From assembly GCA_002009975.1 (NCBI GenBank), contig MTLP01000031.1:108573-172572 (forward strand): 64,000 bases of DNA, given 5' to 3'. Positions 54,152-64,000 of the stretch are shown piece by piece. The number at the start of each line of letters is the position of its first letter. Position 1 is the stretch's first letter. This stretch comes from Thermococcus sp. JdFR-02. Lineage in GTDB: Archaea; Methanobacteriota_B; Thermococci; Thermococcales; Thermococcaceae. Both the position numbers and the translations under genes were made by a program. The notes beneath the pieces are model-generated. The model had not been told where the DNA came from. It did not search any database and saw only the letters and a program-made list of their open reading frames with translations.

Positions 54152-55189
54152 TCATTGTTTTGACTCCCTACTAATATAGGTTATTTGTGGTGGCTCAATA
54201 GGAGGCTTTCTTGCAGGTGGTCTTATAGCAGGTCTAACTCTAATTATTCTCTTGATTGCACCTGGGATCGTTCCAGCGATCATCAAGAAGTCGTTCTTAA
54301 CGACACCGTAGTGTGGAAATCCTCCTTTTGGTGTTATCTCAATCTCTTGATCATTGAGCTTAAGCTTTCCATCGAATCCGATCCTCAACAGTCTCTTGTT
54401 GAGTTCAGTCCTTGTATGGAATCCCATTTGACCAGCCATTGGAACTGTCCACATAACCCTCGCTGGGTGCCATGGACCAATTGAAGCTACTTTTCTCCTT
54501 GCTTTGCTATCCTTGTGAGACCTCAACTTAACACCCCATCTCTTAATTGGACCCTGGTAACCTTTACCTTTGGTGACTGCGATTATATCCAAAAGCTCGC
54601 CCTCTTTAAGAACGTCACTTGCCCTAATTTCCTTTCCAAGCTTCTCCTTCAAATATTCGAACTTCTCTTTAACGTCTCTACCACCAACGGCATATTCCAT
54701 AACATCTGGCTTCTTTTTCAAGCCAATGAGTCTTGGTTGAGTGTGAACTAAAGCCCTAACTTCAACAACTTCTCCATCGTTAACCATGTCCTTTAAAGCT
54801 CCAAGCTTTTGTTCAAATACTTCTTGAGTGTATTCTTTTGGAAGGGTCTTGATTTTTCTCTTTAGGTCTGGGTTTAAGTTGGGTGCCCAAACTTCTGTTG
54901 CAGTCTCCAAGCCAAGGTAACCTTCTTTGTATGCTCTAATTCCATAGACAACCATTGGTGGAACTTCAATTATTGTAACTGGAACAAAGATTTCCTTTCC
55001 ATTTGTCAATCTTCCTGGCCAATCGTCTATCATTAGCACGTGGGTCATCCCTGCTTTATATCCTGCAAATCCAAGTAACCTTACATCATCTGTTTGAGGC
55101 CAAGTCTTTATTCTAGGAACTATACGCTTAGCCCTTTTTCTTGGAGCAAAGCCTAATGAACCTCTCCTTGGTTTGCTAATCTTTCCCAT
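54152..55189 (-). CDS. rpl3: 50S ribosomal protein L3
   Basis: [32 protein letters not shown]. Confidence 0.96.
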   Translation of the reverse strand: MGKISKPRRGSLGFAPRKRAKRIVPRIKTWPQTDDVRLLGFAGYKAGMTHVLMIDDWPGRLTNGKEIFVPVTIIEVPPMVVYGIRAYKEGYLGLETATEVWAPNLNPDLKRKIKTLPKEYTQEVFEQKLGALKDMVNDGEVVEVRALVHTQPRLIGLKKKPDVMEYAVGGRDVKEKFEYLKEKLGKEIRASDVLKEGELLDIIAVTKGKGYQGPIKRWGVKLRSHKDSKARRKVASIGPWHPARVMWTVPMAGQMGFHTRTELNKRLLRIGFDGKLKLNDQEIEITPKGGFPHYGVVKNDFLMIAGTIPGAIKRIIRVRPAIRPPARKPPIEPPQITYISRESKQ

Positions 55190-55190
55190 T

Positions 55191-55976
55191 TCAATCCCTC
55201 CTTATGAAATTAAATATTGCCAGAGTGGCTAACACCGCTTCCTCCGTTCTAACGGTTTTTGTCTTTTGATTGGGAATCGTATTGAGGATTAAATCAAACT
55301 CATAATCCTCATTAAATTCTCTCAATATTTCCATCACGCCCATTCTCGGAGATCCAAACACGAAACCAATATTCCCCTCGAGAGGGGGAAGCTTAATTTT
55401 TCTTATATCTTCACCTTTACGAGATGTTGCTATCGCTAAGTTAAGCCTTGCCTTTTTAAGCGTTTTTGCCAGAGGCTTATTTGTTAAATGAACTCTATAT
55501 CCCCAATATTCATCAGGCGGTCTTGTTATAACCACCTTAAGGGGATTTACGGAGACTATTTTAAAAGTCATCCTTTCTCCGTCCTCTCCCTTGCCCTCAA
55601 CAAGGGCAAGTTCATCCAAGCCAATCTCGGCATAAACCCTTTTACCCCTTTTAACTATTACGCCTTCTCTATATTCACCAATTTTTGGTTTTTCTTTAAG
55701 CTTATGATGTGGGGTTCTTAATGGTGGAACAACGCCCACATACCTAAGTTCATCTTTCAGGGGAAATAGGATTTTGCGGAGATATTGAGGAGTCTCTGCA
55801 TACTCAAGGATCAGCTTTATGAATCTTCCATCTTTTCCTCCGGCTTTGTAGATCCATATATGCTCAACACCAAATATTGCGCTTGCTCTTGCTATTTGCC
55901 CAATCTTGTATGTTCTTATCTTTGGATCTCTGCTTTCTTCAAGCAATGAATCAGGAATAAATATATGCCATGTCAT
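55191..55976 (-). CDS. SPOUT-family RNA methyltransferase (DUF171-like)
   Basis: [33 protein letters not shown]; directly upstream of rpl3. Confidence 0.85.
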   Translation of the reverse strand: MTWHIFIPDSLLEESRDPKIRTYKIGQIARASAIFGVEHIWIYKAGGKDGRFIKLILEYAETPQYLRKILFPLKDELRYVGVVPPLRTPHHKLKEKPKIGEYREGVIVKRGKRVYAEIGLDELALVEGKGEDGERMTFKIVSVNPLKVVITRPPDEYWGYRVHLTNKPLAKTLKKARLNLAIATSRKGEDIRKIKLPPLEGNIGFVFGSPRMGVMEILREFNEDYEFDLILNTIPNQKTKTVRTEEAVLATLAIFNFIRRD

Positions 55977-56032
55977 TTTTAGTCACTATCTAAAGGGATG
56001 CATATTAAAGCTGTAGTGGAGTAAAAGGAAAC

Positions 56033-56049
56033 TATTTAAAAGTCTTTCG
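56033..56049 (-). promoter_or_regulatory. BRE/TATA promoter of the SPOUT-rpl3 ribosomal operon
   Basis: CGAAAGAC-TTTTAAATA on the minus strand. Confidence 0.6.
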
Positions 56050-56252
56050 AACTTTTCCACCCTCAGAACATTTTTCAACCATACAAAATTTTTGCAAAAG
56101 AACGGCAAGAGATAGAGGAGAAACTTAGGCACTTCTATCCTATCCACCTCCATTTTATTTTTGCTACCGAAGGAATTTCGTTCTCTTTTAACTCTCATTT
56201 TTATTACTCTATTAGATGACCAAGGCTCTCTAGTAGAAGAGGAGAATAAGGA

Positions 56253-56298
56253 GAAGTCAGAGAAAAGAGGAGGAATTCCTTCCCCCTCGTCATCTTCC
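56253..56298 (-). ncRNA. Candidate C/D-box K-turn hairpin RNA
   Basis: GGAAG-AUGACGA...CUGA-CUUC with purine/pyrimidine complementary interior. Confidence 0.4.
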
Positions 56299-56361
56299 AC
56301 AAGAGATATAAACACCAACGTTAAAAAATAATTTCAGCTTAACTCTTATGAGGTGGATAAC

Positions 56362-56763
56362 ATGGGATTGTTTGACAAAATTGTCAAAAAAGAGGAACCT
56401 AAGAAAAAACTTGTACCAACAAAAGAAGAGTTCCAACCAAAGGATAAAAAGATGGAAGTTGATGTAATTCCATTTGAGGAAGATGAGATAGCAAAGGAGC
56501 TTGTAAAGCCCCAAATTAGGTACATAAAGAAGATTGTTGTCACCAGTTACTCTGATTTAGAAAGGATATCCTCTGAACTGCAAGCTGGTAACATTGTTAT
56601 TGTTGATTTGACACCCATAGAGGGCAAGATAGAGATATTAGAGAAGGTCGTTGAGCAGATAAAGGGAATGACTCATGCCTTAGATGGAGGAATAGCTAAA
56701 ATATCAAAGTGTGAAGCTAAGCTAATCGTGACGCCCCCAGACATAAAAATAGCTAAAGAGTGA
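56362..56763 (+). CDS. sepF: Cell division protein SepF
   Basis: MGLFDKI amphipathic N-terminus, GNIVIVDL, GGIAKI..LIVTP; GAGGTGG RBS. Confidence 0.85.
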   Translation: MGLFDKIVKKEEPKKKLVPTKEEFQPKDKKMEVDVIPFEEDEIAKELVKPQIRYIKKIVVTSYSDLERISSELQAGNIVIVDLTPIEGKIEILEKVVEQIKGMTHALDGGIAKISKCEAKLIVTPPDIKIAKE

Positions 56764-56830
56764 TCTTCCTCTATTTTTCTTCCCATGCATTTATAAAGCG
56801 ATACTCTTCATACTTAGATAGGGTGAGGTT

Positions 56831-57442
56831 ATGAAAGGCGAGATAAAAGAGACTATGCTGGGAGATTGTCCAATTTGCAAATCAAAAAACTCGCTAAAAG
56901 CCTTAATGTTCATTCATGAAATCCCATATTTTGGAAAGGTCATGGAATCAACGATAATCTGTGAAAAATGCGGCTATAGAAATGCCGATGTTATGATATT
57001 GGAGGAGAAAGAGCCAAGACTTTATACAGTTAAAGTTGAGGAAGAAAAAGACTTGTTTACAAGGGTTATAAGGAGTAAAAGCGGGACAATAGAGTTAGAA
57101 GAGTTAGGGGTCACAATAGAGCCGGGACCAGCAAGTCAAGGGTTCATAAGCAATGTAGAAGGTGTTTTGGAGAGGGTTAAAGAAACGCTTATAATGACGA
57201 GACATTTTAAAGAGCAAGAAAATGATCTTGAAGCGGTTAAAAAGGTTGATGAGCTTTTAGAGTACATAGAAGAAGTGAAAAATGGACAAAAATCATTGAC
57301 CATAAAGGTGATGGATCCCTTTGGCCACAGTGCTTTAATTGGAGAGAAAGTCAAAAGCAGGCTTTTAAGTGATGAGGAGATAAAAAGCTTAAGCACTGGT
57401 CCCTATGTGATCTATGAACCAAATAAACAGCATTATGACTGA
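56831..57442 (+). CDS. ZPR1 zinc-finger domain protein
   Basis: CPIC..IPYFG..CEKCGYR, GFISNVEG, DPFGHS. Confidence 0.92.
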   Translation: MKGEIKETMLGDCPICKSKNSLKALMFIHEIPYFGKVMESTIICEKCGYRNADVMILEEKEPRLYTVKVEEEKDLFTRVIRSKSGTIELEELGVTIEPGPASQGFISNVEGVLERVKETLIMTRHFKEQENDLEAVKKVDELLEYIEEVKNGQKSLTIKVMDPFGHSALIGEKVKSRLLSDEEIKSLSTGPYVIYEPNKQHYD

Positions 57443-57741
57443 TAAACTTCCAAAATTTCATTCTCTTTAACATTAATATTTCCCTCAAGTAGCAGAGCCA
57501 CTCTATCATATTCAATTGCAAAATCAACATCTCTGCGATCTTTTTGTATTTTTCTTATCAAAGCTACATCTTTTCCCTTAACCTTATATCCCGGGTAAAT
57601 GATGCCCTCAAGAACCTCTCCAATTATTGCAGGCTTTCCAAGAATGTTGAAAGTCCTTTCAACCCTAAATTTAGCCACTGGTTTCTTAGAGAAAATTTCA
57701 ATTTCCTCGCTTTTTTTAAAAAAGCGTCTAATAAATGACAA
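57433..57741 (-). CDS. EF-Tu domain II-like protein (Pbp11-like putative tRNA-binding protein)
   Basis: GEVLEGIIYPGYKV..VDFAIEYDRVAL; TTG start after GGGTGA inferred. Confidence 0.6.
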   Translation of the reverse strand: MSFIRRFFKKSEEIEIFSKKPVAKFRVERTFNILGKPAIIGEVLEGIIYPGYKVKGKDVALIRKIQKDRRDVDFAIEYDRVALLLEGNINVKENEILEVYQS

Positions 57742-57742
57742 T

Positions 57743-58414
57743 TCACTCACCCAGCACATCAGTTATATCAACTACCACGGATTTTCCCAAGAGGAATGGA
57801 GCAGCTGCTTTTTTGATGGTTAATGATGCGGCACTTCCATGGGCACGTATTTCTATAACAGTGCTTGCTATTCTCCTAAGCTCTGGTAATGGATTAATGA
57901 TTGCGGTCTCTCCAACGTCTTTATCAAAAAAGTAGAATGCTTTCCTCTTCTTATTTCCCAGAAAATATTGAAGTGCAGAAATCATGTAATAAAACTCAGA
58001 TGGGGACTCCAAGAGATGGAAAAACCTTTCTATACCAAGAACTATGTTTATAGAGTTTTGAAGTTTATCAAACACCTCAAAACCTATTTCTTTGTAATTT
58101 TTGATATATACACTAGGTTCTGTAGCCAGATGAATTCTACCAACGACGTTTCCAACATTCAGAAATCCACCTGTTTTTATTACATAACAGTCTTTAAATT
58201 CCTCTTTGATACCAAAAAATTCTAAATGAGATTTTATTAGAAAGAGTGTGTCAAGATTGTCGTCAATTATAACAGGCAAATTCTTCATCCTAGCATATCT
58301 CAGAAGTAACAGAACCCCTAATTCAGGAACAAAAGAATGTTCATGTTCAAGTAGCACGATTTCGCCAAATTTTATTTTATCAATTATTTCAAAAATCTCG
58401 TCGAGTTTATCCAT
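57743..58414 (-). CDS. DUF257 family protein
   Basis: IKFGEIVLLE, IIDDNLDTL, VIKTGG, LGIER motifs typical of this Thermococcales family (by recognition). Confidence 0.65.
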   Translation of the reverse strand: MDKLDEIFEIIDKIKFGEIVLLEHEHSFVPELGVLLLLRYARMKNLPVIIDDNLDTLFLIKSHLEFFGIKEEFKDCYVIKTGGFLNVGNVVGRIHLATEPSVYIKNYKEIGFEVFDKLQNSINIVLGIERFFHLLESPSEFYYMISALQYFLGNKKRKAFYFFDKDVGETAIINPLPELRRIASTVIEIRAHGSAASLTIKKAAAPFLLGKSVVVDITDVLGE

Positions 58415-58492
58415 AAACTCCCCTAATATTGTTAATAAAAACTTGGATAAATAGATTTCGCTTCCTGATTTCAAAAAGGTAAAAACAAAAAA

Positions 58493-59743
58493 CTAAAGCT
58501 TTACTAAATGAACTGAACACGATATGCACGGGTCAAACGCTCTAACTGTCTCTTCAAGCCTTTGCACAAAGGTCTTTTCGTCTAAACTGCCATAATTTTT
58601 CTTTGCTTCTTCATATAAGCTAAGTTCCATTATGGCATGATTAAGTGCAGTCGGGGTTATTATATTAGAATATGATATATTGCCTTTGGAGTCAATTTTA
58701 TAGTGATGGATTAAAACCCCTCTTGGAGCCTCAACATACCCAATACCTTCTCCCTCTTGAACCTCAACAGGAACATTTTCACAGCTAAGCCCTTTATCCA
58801 AAAGCTCTCTTGCTATCTCTTTAGCTTTTTCCAAAGCATATACGAGTTCAATTGCTTGAGCTAAGTTGTTCAAACTAACGTATCCCTGAGATAACTTTTC
58901 CCTATGATCCTCAAATAGCTTTTTAGCCAGAGGTGTTAACTGTTCACTCTTGAGCATAACTCTTGGCAAAGCTCCTACCATGAATATATCTCCTTTATAT
59001 TTGCTTTGTTTTGCAAAGCTGTAGGGCAAAGTCTTCTCCTCAATGTGCTCATAGTAGTCAAACACTTCCTCATCGCAAGCAATTAACTTATCTCCATAGA
59101 GATAACTATTTGTCGCTACAAAGTGTTCAGCTTTAGCACCATAAAACTTTAGATCAGCAAAAACATTCACTGCTCTCTTTGCAAATCTTAGCAAGGCTTC
59201 ACTATTTTGCTCTATCTTTTCCAATTCCTCAATTGTAGGATATCTCCCAAATCCTCCCGGCTTTACATTTATTCCATGGATTTCTCTTCCACCTATAACT
59301 TCTCTAATATAATTTCCAAAAGCCTTTATGCTTAATCCCTCTTTAACTAATTCTCCATGCTTGCTTGCCATCTTTATTGCATCTGGATAGCCAAAGACAT
59401 CTGGCGCAACTAGCAGATAGAGGTGCAACGCATGACTTTCCAAGAATTCACCTAAGAGTCCAAGCTCTCTTAAAAGCATTACTTCCCTTGGAACTTCAAC
59501 ATTAAAAGCCCTTTCAATGCCTAAAACTGATGCAACTGAATGCGAAAGGTAACAAATGGCACAAATTCTTGCCTCCAAATCTGGAACATCATAGTAATAG
59601 CGCCCTAAGGTTAGGAGTTCAAAGAACCTCGGTCCTTCAACGATCTTGAGCTTAACCTCCTTAACCTCACCGTTTTCGATTATAATATCCGCTTCTCCGT
59701 TTCCTTCAACCCTTGTGAATTCACCAATCGTTATTGTCACCAT
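58493..59743 (-). CDS. shyA: Soluble [NiFe] hydrogenase/sulfhydrogenase II large subunit (group 3b)
   Basis: TRVEG, RICAIC (L1), EAPRG, DPCISCSVH (L2) plus a 4-aa maturation tail. Confidence 0.93.
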   Translation of the reverse strand: MVTITIGEFTRVEGNGEADIIIENGEVKEVKLKIVEGPRFFELLTLGRYYYDVPDLEARICAICYLSHSVASVLGIERAFNVEVPREVMLLRELGLLGEFLESHALHLYLLVAPDVFGYPDAIKMASKHGELVKEGLSIKAFGNYIREVIGGREIHGINVKPGGFGRYPTIEELEKIEQNSEALLRFAKRAVNVFADLKFYGAKAEHFVATNSYLYGDKLIACDEEVFDYYEHIEEKTLPYSFAKQSKYKGDIFMVGALPRVMLKSEQLTPLAKKLFEDHREKLSQGYVSLNNLAQAIELVYALEKAKEIARELLDKGLSCENVPVEVQEGEGIGYVEAPRGVLIHHYKIDSKGNISYSNIITPTALNHAIMELSLYEEAKKNYGSLDEKTFVQRLEETVRAFDPCISCSVHLVKL

Positions 59744-60474
59744 CTTAGCTCACCCCTTGCAAATGTCTTGAACTTTTTACGTATGTACTCTTCATCATAG
59801 CCAAGCTCTTTGAGAATCTCAAACTCACTCGCTGGATTGGCTTCCTTTGGTAGAGGTCCTCTACAGCCAATACACCCTACTTTGGATTTCACACAGATAG
59901 CATTGCACCCTCCAAGGGTTATTGGACCTAAACAAGGAATGCCTCTCTTTATTAAGACACACTCGTATTCGTTGAGTTTACACTCGATACAAACAGGATA
60001 GTCTTTTTTCGGTGGCTCAACGCCTTTTGCTATATCCATGAGAACTTGATAAACTTCATCTTTATCGTAGGGACAGCCGGGTAAAGCATAATCAACTGCA
60101 ACGTATTCTACTATAGGCTTTGAATCTAAAGCCTTCATTGGATTTGCCCTGCTTCCATAAACCTTCTCAAGCTTTTCTCTGATTGATCCCTCAACACTTC
60201 CCTGAACATCTCCATGAGTTGCGCAAGTTCCTAAAGCTATCACATAATTTGAATTGTTCCTAACTCTCTTCAAAAGTTCTAAATCTCTTTGACAGGAAAC
60301 TGTTCCAGTGATAATTGCCACATCTAAGTGGTCATGCTCTTTAAAGCTTGAAGCCATGTGAAATTCTTTAATCTCATAGAACTTTATAATGTCAAAGAGC
60401 TTCTCATAGAGGAAGAGTATATTCAATGCACATCCACCGCAATCGGTAAGCTCAAAAACACCAAGCTTAAGCAT
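59737..60474 (-). CDS. shyD: Hydrogenase II small (delta) subunit
   Basis: DCGGC, GTCATHG, PGCP, CLGPIT..GCNAIC..CIGCRG. Confidence 0.92.
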   Translation of the reverse strand: MLKLGVFELTDCGGCALNILFLYEKLFDIIKFYEIKEFHMASSFKEHDHLDVAIITGTVSCQRDLELLKRVRNNSNYVIALGTCATHGDVQGSVEGSIREKLEKVYGSRANPMKALDSKPIVEYVAVDYALPGCPYDKDEVYQVLMDIAKGVEPPKKDYPVCIECKLNEYECVLIKRGIPCLGPITLGGCNAICVKSKVGCIGCRGPLPKEANPASEFEILKELGYDEEYIRKKFKTFARGELRW

Positions 60475-61344
60475 CTAAATCAACCCCCTCGTTGAGAGAG
60501 CTTCCCAATAGGTGAACACAGGTCCATCCTTACATATGTACTTTATAGAAGTGCTCGTTCCAACTATGCAGTGCCCACACTTTCCAATTCCACAGCGCAT
60601 TCTTCTCTCAAGCGTCATGTAAATTCTCCCTGGAGAAAGCTTTCTATCTAAAAGCTCCTTTATGACGTACTTATACATAACTGGAGGACCACAAATTAGA
60701 GCGTAGGTATTTTCCACATCGAACTCCATACCTCTGAAAAGGTCAGTTACGACACCTTTGCACACCTTTGGGCTAAATCCCCTTTCTAAGTAAATACATG
60801 ATGGACTTTCAACTTCATAAGCTAATTTAACAGTACATCCTATCGCATCCCCATGCTTAAGCAGATGAATTATCTCATCCCTGAATAAGATGTCCTCATA
60901 GCTCTTTGTTCCATAGAGCAAATATATATGTTCATATTTTCCACTGTCTATAGCATACCATAGAACCGAGCGAAGGGGAGCCATTCCAAGACCGCCAGAT
61001 ACAAGTATAAGTTCTGATCCTTCCATTTTTTCCATGGGGAAACCGTTTCCATAGGGACCTCTAATGCCAATCACATCTCCTTCCTTTAGAGTATGCATGT
61101 ATTTTGTCATCCTTCCAACTCTTCTAACACAGAGCTGAATATATCCCTCTCTTGTGGGAGTTGAGCATAGACTTATTGGGAATTCACCGAATCCCCTAAT
61201 GTCCACTATGACAAATTGCCCCGGCTTATATTTGAACTCCTTATTAGCTTCTGAATCAACAAAGCGCAAAGTAAAAAGTTTCTCTCTCGGTGTTAATTCT
61301 CTAATTTCTAAAATCTTTGCATCATAAGTCTGATAAGGGTTCAT
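60475..61344 (-). CDS. shyC: Hydrogenase II gamma subunit (FAD/NAD(P)-binding, 2Fe-2S)
   Basis: PGQF, GPYGNGF, GGLGMAP, CGPP, MRCGIGKCGHC..CKDGPVF. Confidence 0.92.
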   Translation of the reverse strand: MNPYQTYDAKILEIRELTPREKLFTLRFVDSEANKEFKYKPGQFVIVDIRGFGEFPISLCSTPTREGYIQLCVRRVGRMTKYMHTLKEGDVIGIRGPYGNGFPMEKMEGSELILVSGGLGMAPLRSVLWYAIDSGKYEHIYLLYGTKSYEDILFRDEIIHLLKHGDAIGCTVKLAYEVESPSCIYLERGFSPKVCKGVVTDLFRGMEFDVENTYALICGPPVMYKYVIKELLDRKLSPGRIYMTLERRMRCGIGKCGHCIVGTSTSIKYICKDGPVFTYWEALSTRGLI

Positions 61345-62345
61345 TTCAAAGCCTCCCTTACTTCATCCAAAACTTTAACGTGTTCTATCTTAGCCGGACA
61401 GAATTCGTCACATCTTCCACAACCAACACAGTTGAAGCCTGCTGATGGGTCAAAGTAACTCTTACAATAATAGCGGTGTCTAAATCTGTCCAAGCGAGTT
61501 GGTCTAAAGTTATGCCCACCAGCGACTAAGCCATGGCTTTCCATGAAACAAGAGTCGTATCTCCTTACCCTTACTCCCTCATAAGCGTTTACCCATAGGT
61601 CGCAAACTTCGTAACATCTACATGTTGGACAAACCATGTTACAGTTGCCACATCCAAGACATATCTTTTCGTATTTCTTCCATACCGGGCTTTCAAAGGC
61701 TAAATCAAGCATGTCTGCTAGCCCTTCTTTGTTTAAGGAGCGCTTAAAGGAGTTTGCCCTTTTTTCTTCAAATTCCCTGAAATACTTTAAGTCTTCTTCA
61801 CTTATCGGTTCAAAAACTCCTTCATTTGCCCAAACAATCTCATGTCCCTTAACGCTTCCAACCCTAACTAAGTAGCCATCTGGCAATTCATGCAAGAACA
61901 AATCAAAGCCCGTCATGGCAAAATCTGTTCCCAAGCTTTTACAGAAACAGTATTCATCGGGCATACAGCTAATCCCTATTATTATTGAATTCTCCCTTCT
62001 CTTCTTGTAATAAATATCTACTGGCTCGTCTAGATATACCTTGTCAAGAATCTGCAATCCATGAATATCACAAGAATGCACACCAAAAAGAACTACTGGC
62101 TTAGTGCCATTGCTCTCTTCCCATTTTCCTTCTTTTAATTTTAAGAGCTCATCTCTCGGCTTTACAAAAAACTTCTTCGGCGGAAGCATTGTCCTTGTGT
62201 AATCAAGGCTAACTTCCTTCAGAGAATCAACTTTCTTGAAAGAATAAATGTTTCCTTGTTTTACTGGGGCGTTTATTTCCCCCCACTGTTTTAGAGAATT
62301 GAAGAACTCTTCAAAATTTTCCGAGGGTAGTTTTACATACCGCAA
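61341..62345 (-). CDS. shyB: Hydrogenase II beta subunit (4Fe-4S)
   Basis: CLGCGNCNMVCPTC and CVGCGRCDEFCP; TTG start after GGGTGA. Confidence 0.92.
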   Translation of the reverse strand: MRYVKLPSENFEEFFNSLKQWGEINAPVKQGNIYSFKKVDSLKEVSLDYTRTMLPPKKFFVKPRDELLKLKEGKWEESNGTKPVVLFGVHSCDIHGLQILDKVYLDEPVDIYYKKRRENSIIIGISCMPDEYCFCKSLGTDFAMTGFDLFLHELPDGYLVRVGSVKGHEIVWANEGVFEPISEEDLKYFREFEEKRANSFKRSLNKEGLADMLDLAFESPVWKKYEKICLGCGNCNMVCPTCRCYEVCDLWVNAYEGVRVRRYDSCFMESHGLVAGGHNFRPTRLDRFRHRYYCKSYFDPSAGFNCVGCGRCDEFCPAKIEHVKVLDEVREALK

Positions 62346-62422
62346 GATTATCACCCTTGTGGAATGAATCGTCAATTTTATATTTGTAAAATAGTCAAAT
62401 TTAAGGATTTTTTAAACAAAGG

Positions 62423-62575
62423 GTACTTAACCAGAAGTTGCAGATATATACTTTATAGCACGTTTATAAGCATCAGTGTTACATTTTGCAGCAAATAAGC
62501 GAAATGAAAACTATTTGTTCTTAACCTATGGTAAACTATTTTTGGAAAGGGTTTTATATTGGTAAAGTTAAAAAC
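62423..62575. promoter_or_regulatory. SurR-type GTT-N3-AAC sites in the divergent shy/sud promoter region
   Basis: GTA-CTT-AAC-N5-GTT (62423-62439), GTT-CTT-AAC (62517-62525), GTT-AAA-AAC (62567-62575); sud TATA TTTTATAT at 62552-62559. Confidence 0.7.
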
Positions 62576-62593
62576 ACAATTTGGTGAGGCAGT

Positions 62594-63430
62594 ATGTTTA
62601 AAATTCTGCACAAAGAGAAACTTGCTCCACAAATAAATTTGTTTGAAGTTCAGGCTAAGCGAATAGCAAAGAATGCAAAGCCGGGGCAATTTGTCATAGT
62701 AAGATTACATGAAAAGGGAGAAAGAGTGCCTTTAACAATCGCTGATAAGGATATTGAGAGGGGAACAATCACGATTGTTGCCCAAGAGGTTGGAAAAACA
62801 ACCCATGAGCTTGGAACCTACAAAGAAGGAGATTATATTTATGACGTTCTTGGACCTTTGGGAAAGCCAAGTCACATAGATAAGTTTGGAACAGTCGTAA
62901 TGATTGGTGGAGGTGTTGGAGTAGCCGAAATCTATCCCGTAGCAAAAGCCATGAAAGAAGCTGGAAACTACGTCATCTCAATTCTTGGATTTAGAACTAA
63001 AGAATTGGTCTTTTGGGAAGATAAACTCAAACAAGTTAGTGATGAAGTCATAGTAACTACAAATGATGGAAGCTATGGAATGAAAGGCTTTACGACTCAT
63101 GCTTTGCAAAAATTAATTGATGAAGGGCGAAAAATTGATCTAGTGCATGCCGTCGGTCCTACAATAATGATGAAATTTATAGCAGAGCTTACAAGACCCT
63201 TTGGAATCAAAACAATAGTAAGCTTAAATCCAATTATGGTTGATGGGACTGGAATGTGCGGTGCTTGTAGGGTTCATGTTGGGGAAGAAGTAAAATTCGC
63301 ATGTGTTGACGGACCAGAATTCGATGGTCATTTAGTTAATTTTGATGAGCTAATGCACAGATTGGAATATTATAAAGATTTAGAAAAGATTTCTTTTGAA
63401 AAATGGAAGAGAGAAAAGGGGATGGTTTGA
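62594..63430 (+). CDS. sudB: Sulfide dehydrogenase/Nfn small subunit (NfnS)
   Basis: PGQFV, ERVPLTIAD, GPLGKP, MVDGTGMCGACR..CVDGPEF. Confidence 0.93.
   Translation: MFKILHKEKLAPQINLFEVQAKRIAKNAKPGQFVIVRLHEKGERVPLTIADKDIERGTITIVAQEVGKTTHELGTYKEGDYIYDVLGPLGKPSHIDKFGTVVMIGGGVGVAEIYPVAKAMKEAGNYVISILGFRTKELVFWEDKLKQVSDEVIVTTNDGSYGMKGFTTHALQKLIDEGRKIDLVHAVGPTIMMKFIAELTRPFGIKTIVSLNPIMVDGTGMCGACRVHVGEEVKFACVDGPEFDGHLVNFDELMHRLEYYKDLEKISFEKWKREKGMV

Positions 63431-64000
<570 letters not shown>

Noticed and set aside
55986-56318. 110-aa minus-strand ORF upstream of the SPOUT gene
   Set aside because: Low-complexity translation with no recognisable motif; it runs across a promoter and the candidate structured RNA
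132-61875. Many plus-strand ORFs of 60-170 aa antisense to ribosomal, exosome and hydrogenase genes
   Set aside because: Ser/Leu/Phe-rich shadow frames of well-supported genes, with no RBS or motifs

Overview
Core-genome segment of a Thermococcales archaeon (Thermococcus/Palaeococcus-like, inferred from protein sequences, GGAGGTG/GGTGA ribosome-binding sites and BRE-TATA promoters). Most genes are on the minus strand. In order: the exosome/proteasome/RNase P superoperon (rrp42, rrp41, rrp4, SBDS, psmA, rnp2, rnp3, rpl15e), with trpB2 and a two-gene surface-protein insert inside it; leuS; an AT-rich ParA plus RHH/HTH gene pair; the isoprenoid cluster (idsA, rnj, fni, ipk, mvk, MEMO1), interrupted by a secreted-protein pair, an MNT-MNT-HEPN toxin-antitoxin module and an ABC exporter; the rps2-rpoK-rpoN-rpoD-rps13 cluster with tRNA-Pro, tRNA-Leu and tRNA-Ser; a sugar ABC importer; cbf5; the S10/spc-like ribosomal protein operon with secY, adk and cmk; sepF; ZPR1; soluble hydrogenase II (shyBCDA) and the divergent Nfn/Sud operon. 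The most notable unexplained signal is non-coding. trpB2 and leuS have long, structured leaders that both start GATGCC-N(1-2)-ATGA about 30 nt after a TATA box. Each carries a short uORF with the same pattern (M-x-x-R-[GS]-[DE]-x-[VL]-cognate amino acid-N, with Trp for trpB2 and Leu for leuS). The trpB2 leader also has alternative 1:2, 2:3 and 3:4 pairings followed by U-tracts, suggesting an archaeal amino-acid-sensing attenuation-like system. Other candidates are a promoter/RBS cassette shared by accessory genes, a CDS whose stop codon lies inside tRNA-Ser, and several K-turn-like or hairpin leaders. Starts were adjusted to RBS-supported codons. All family calls are from motif recognition; no database search was run.
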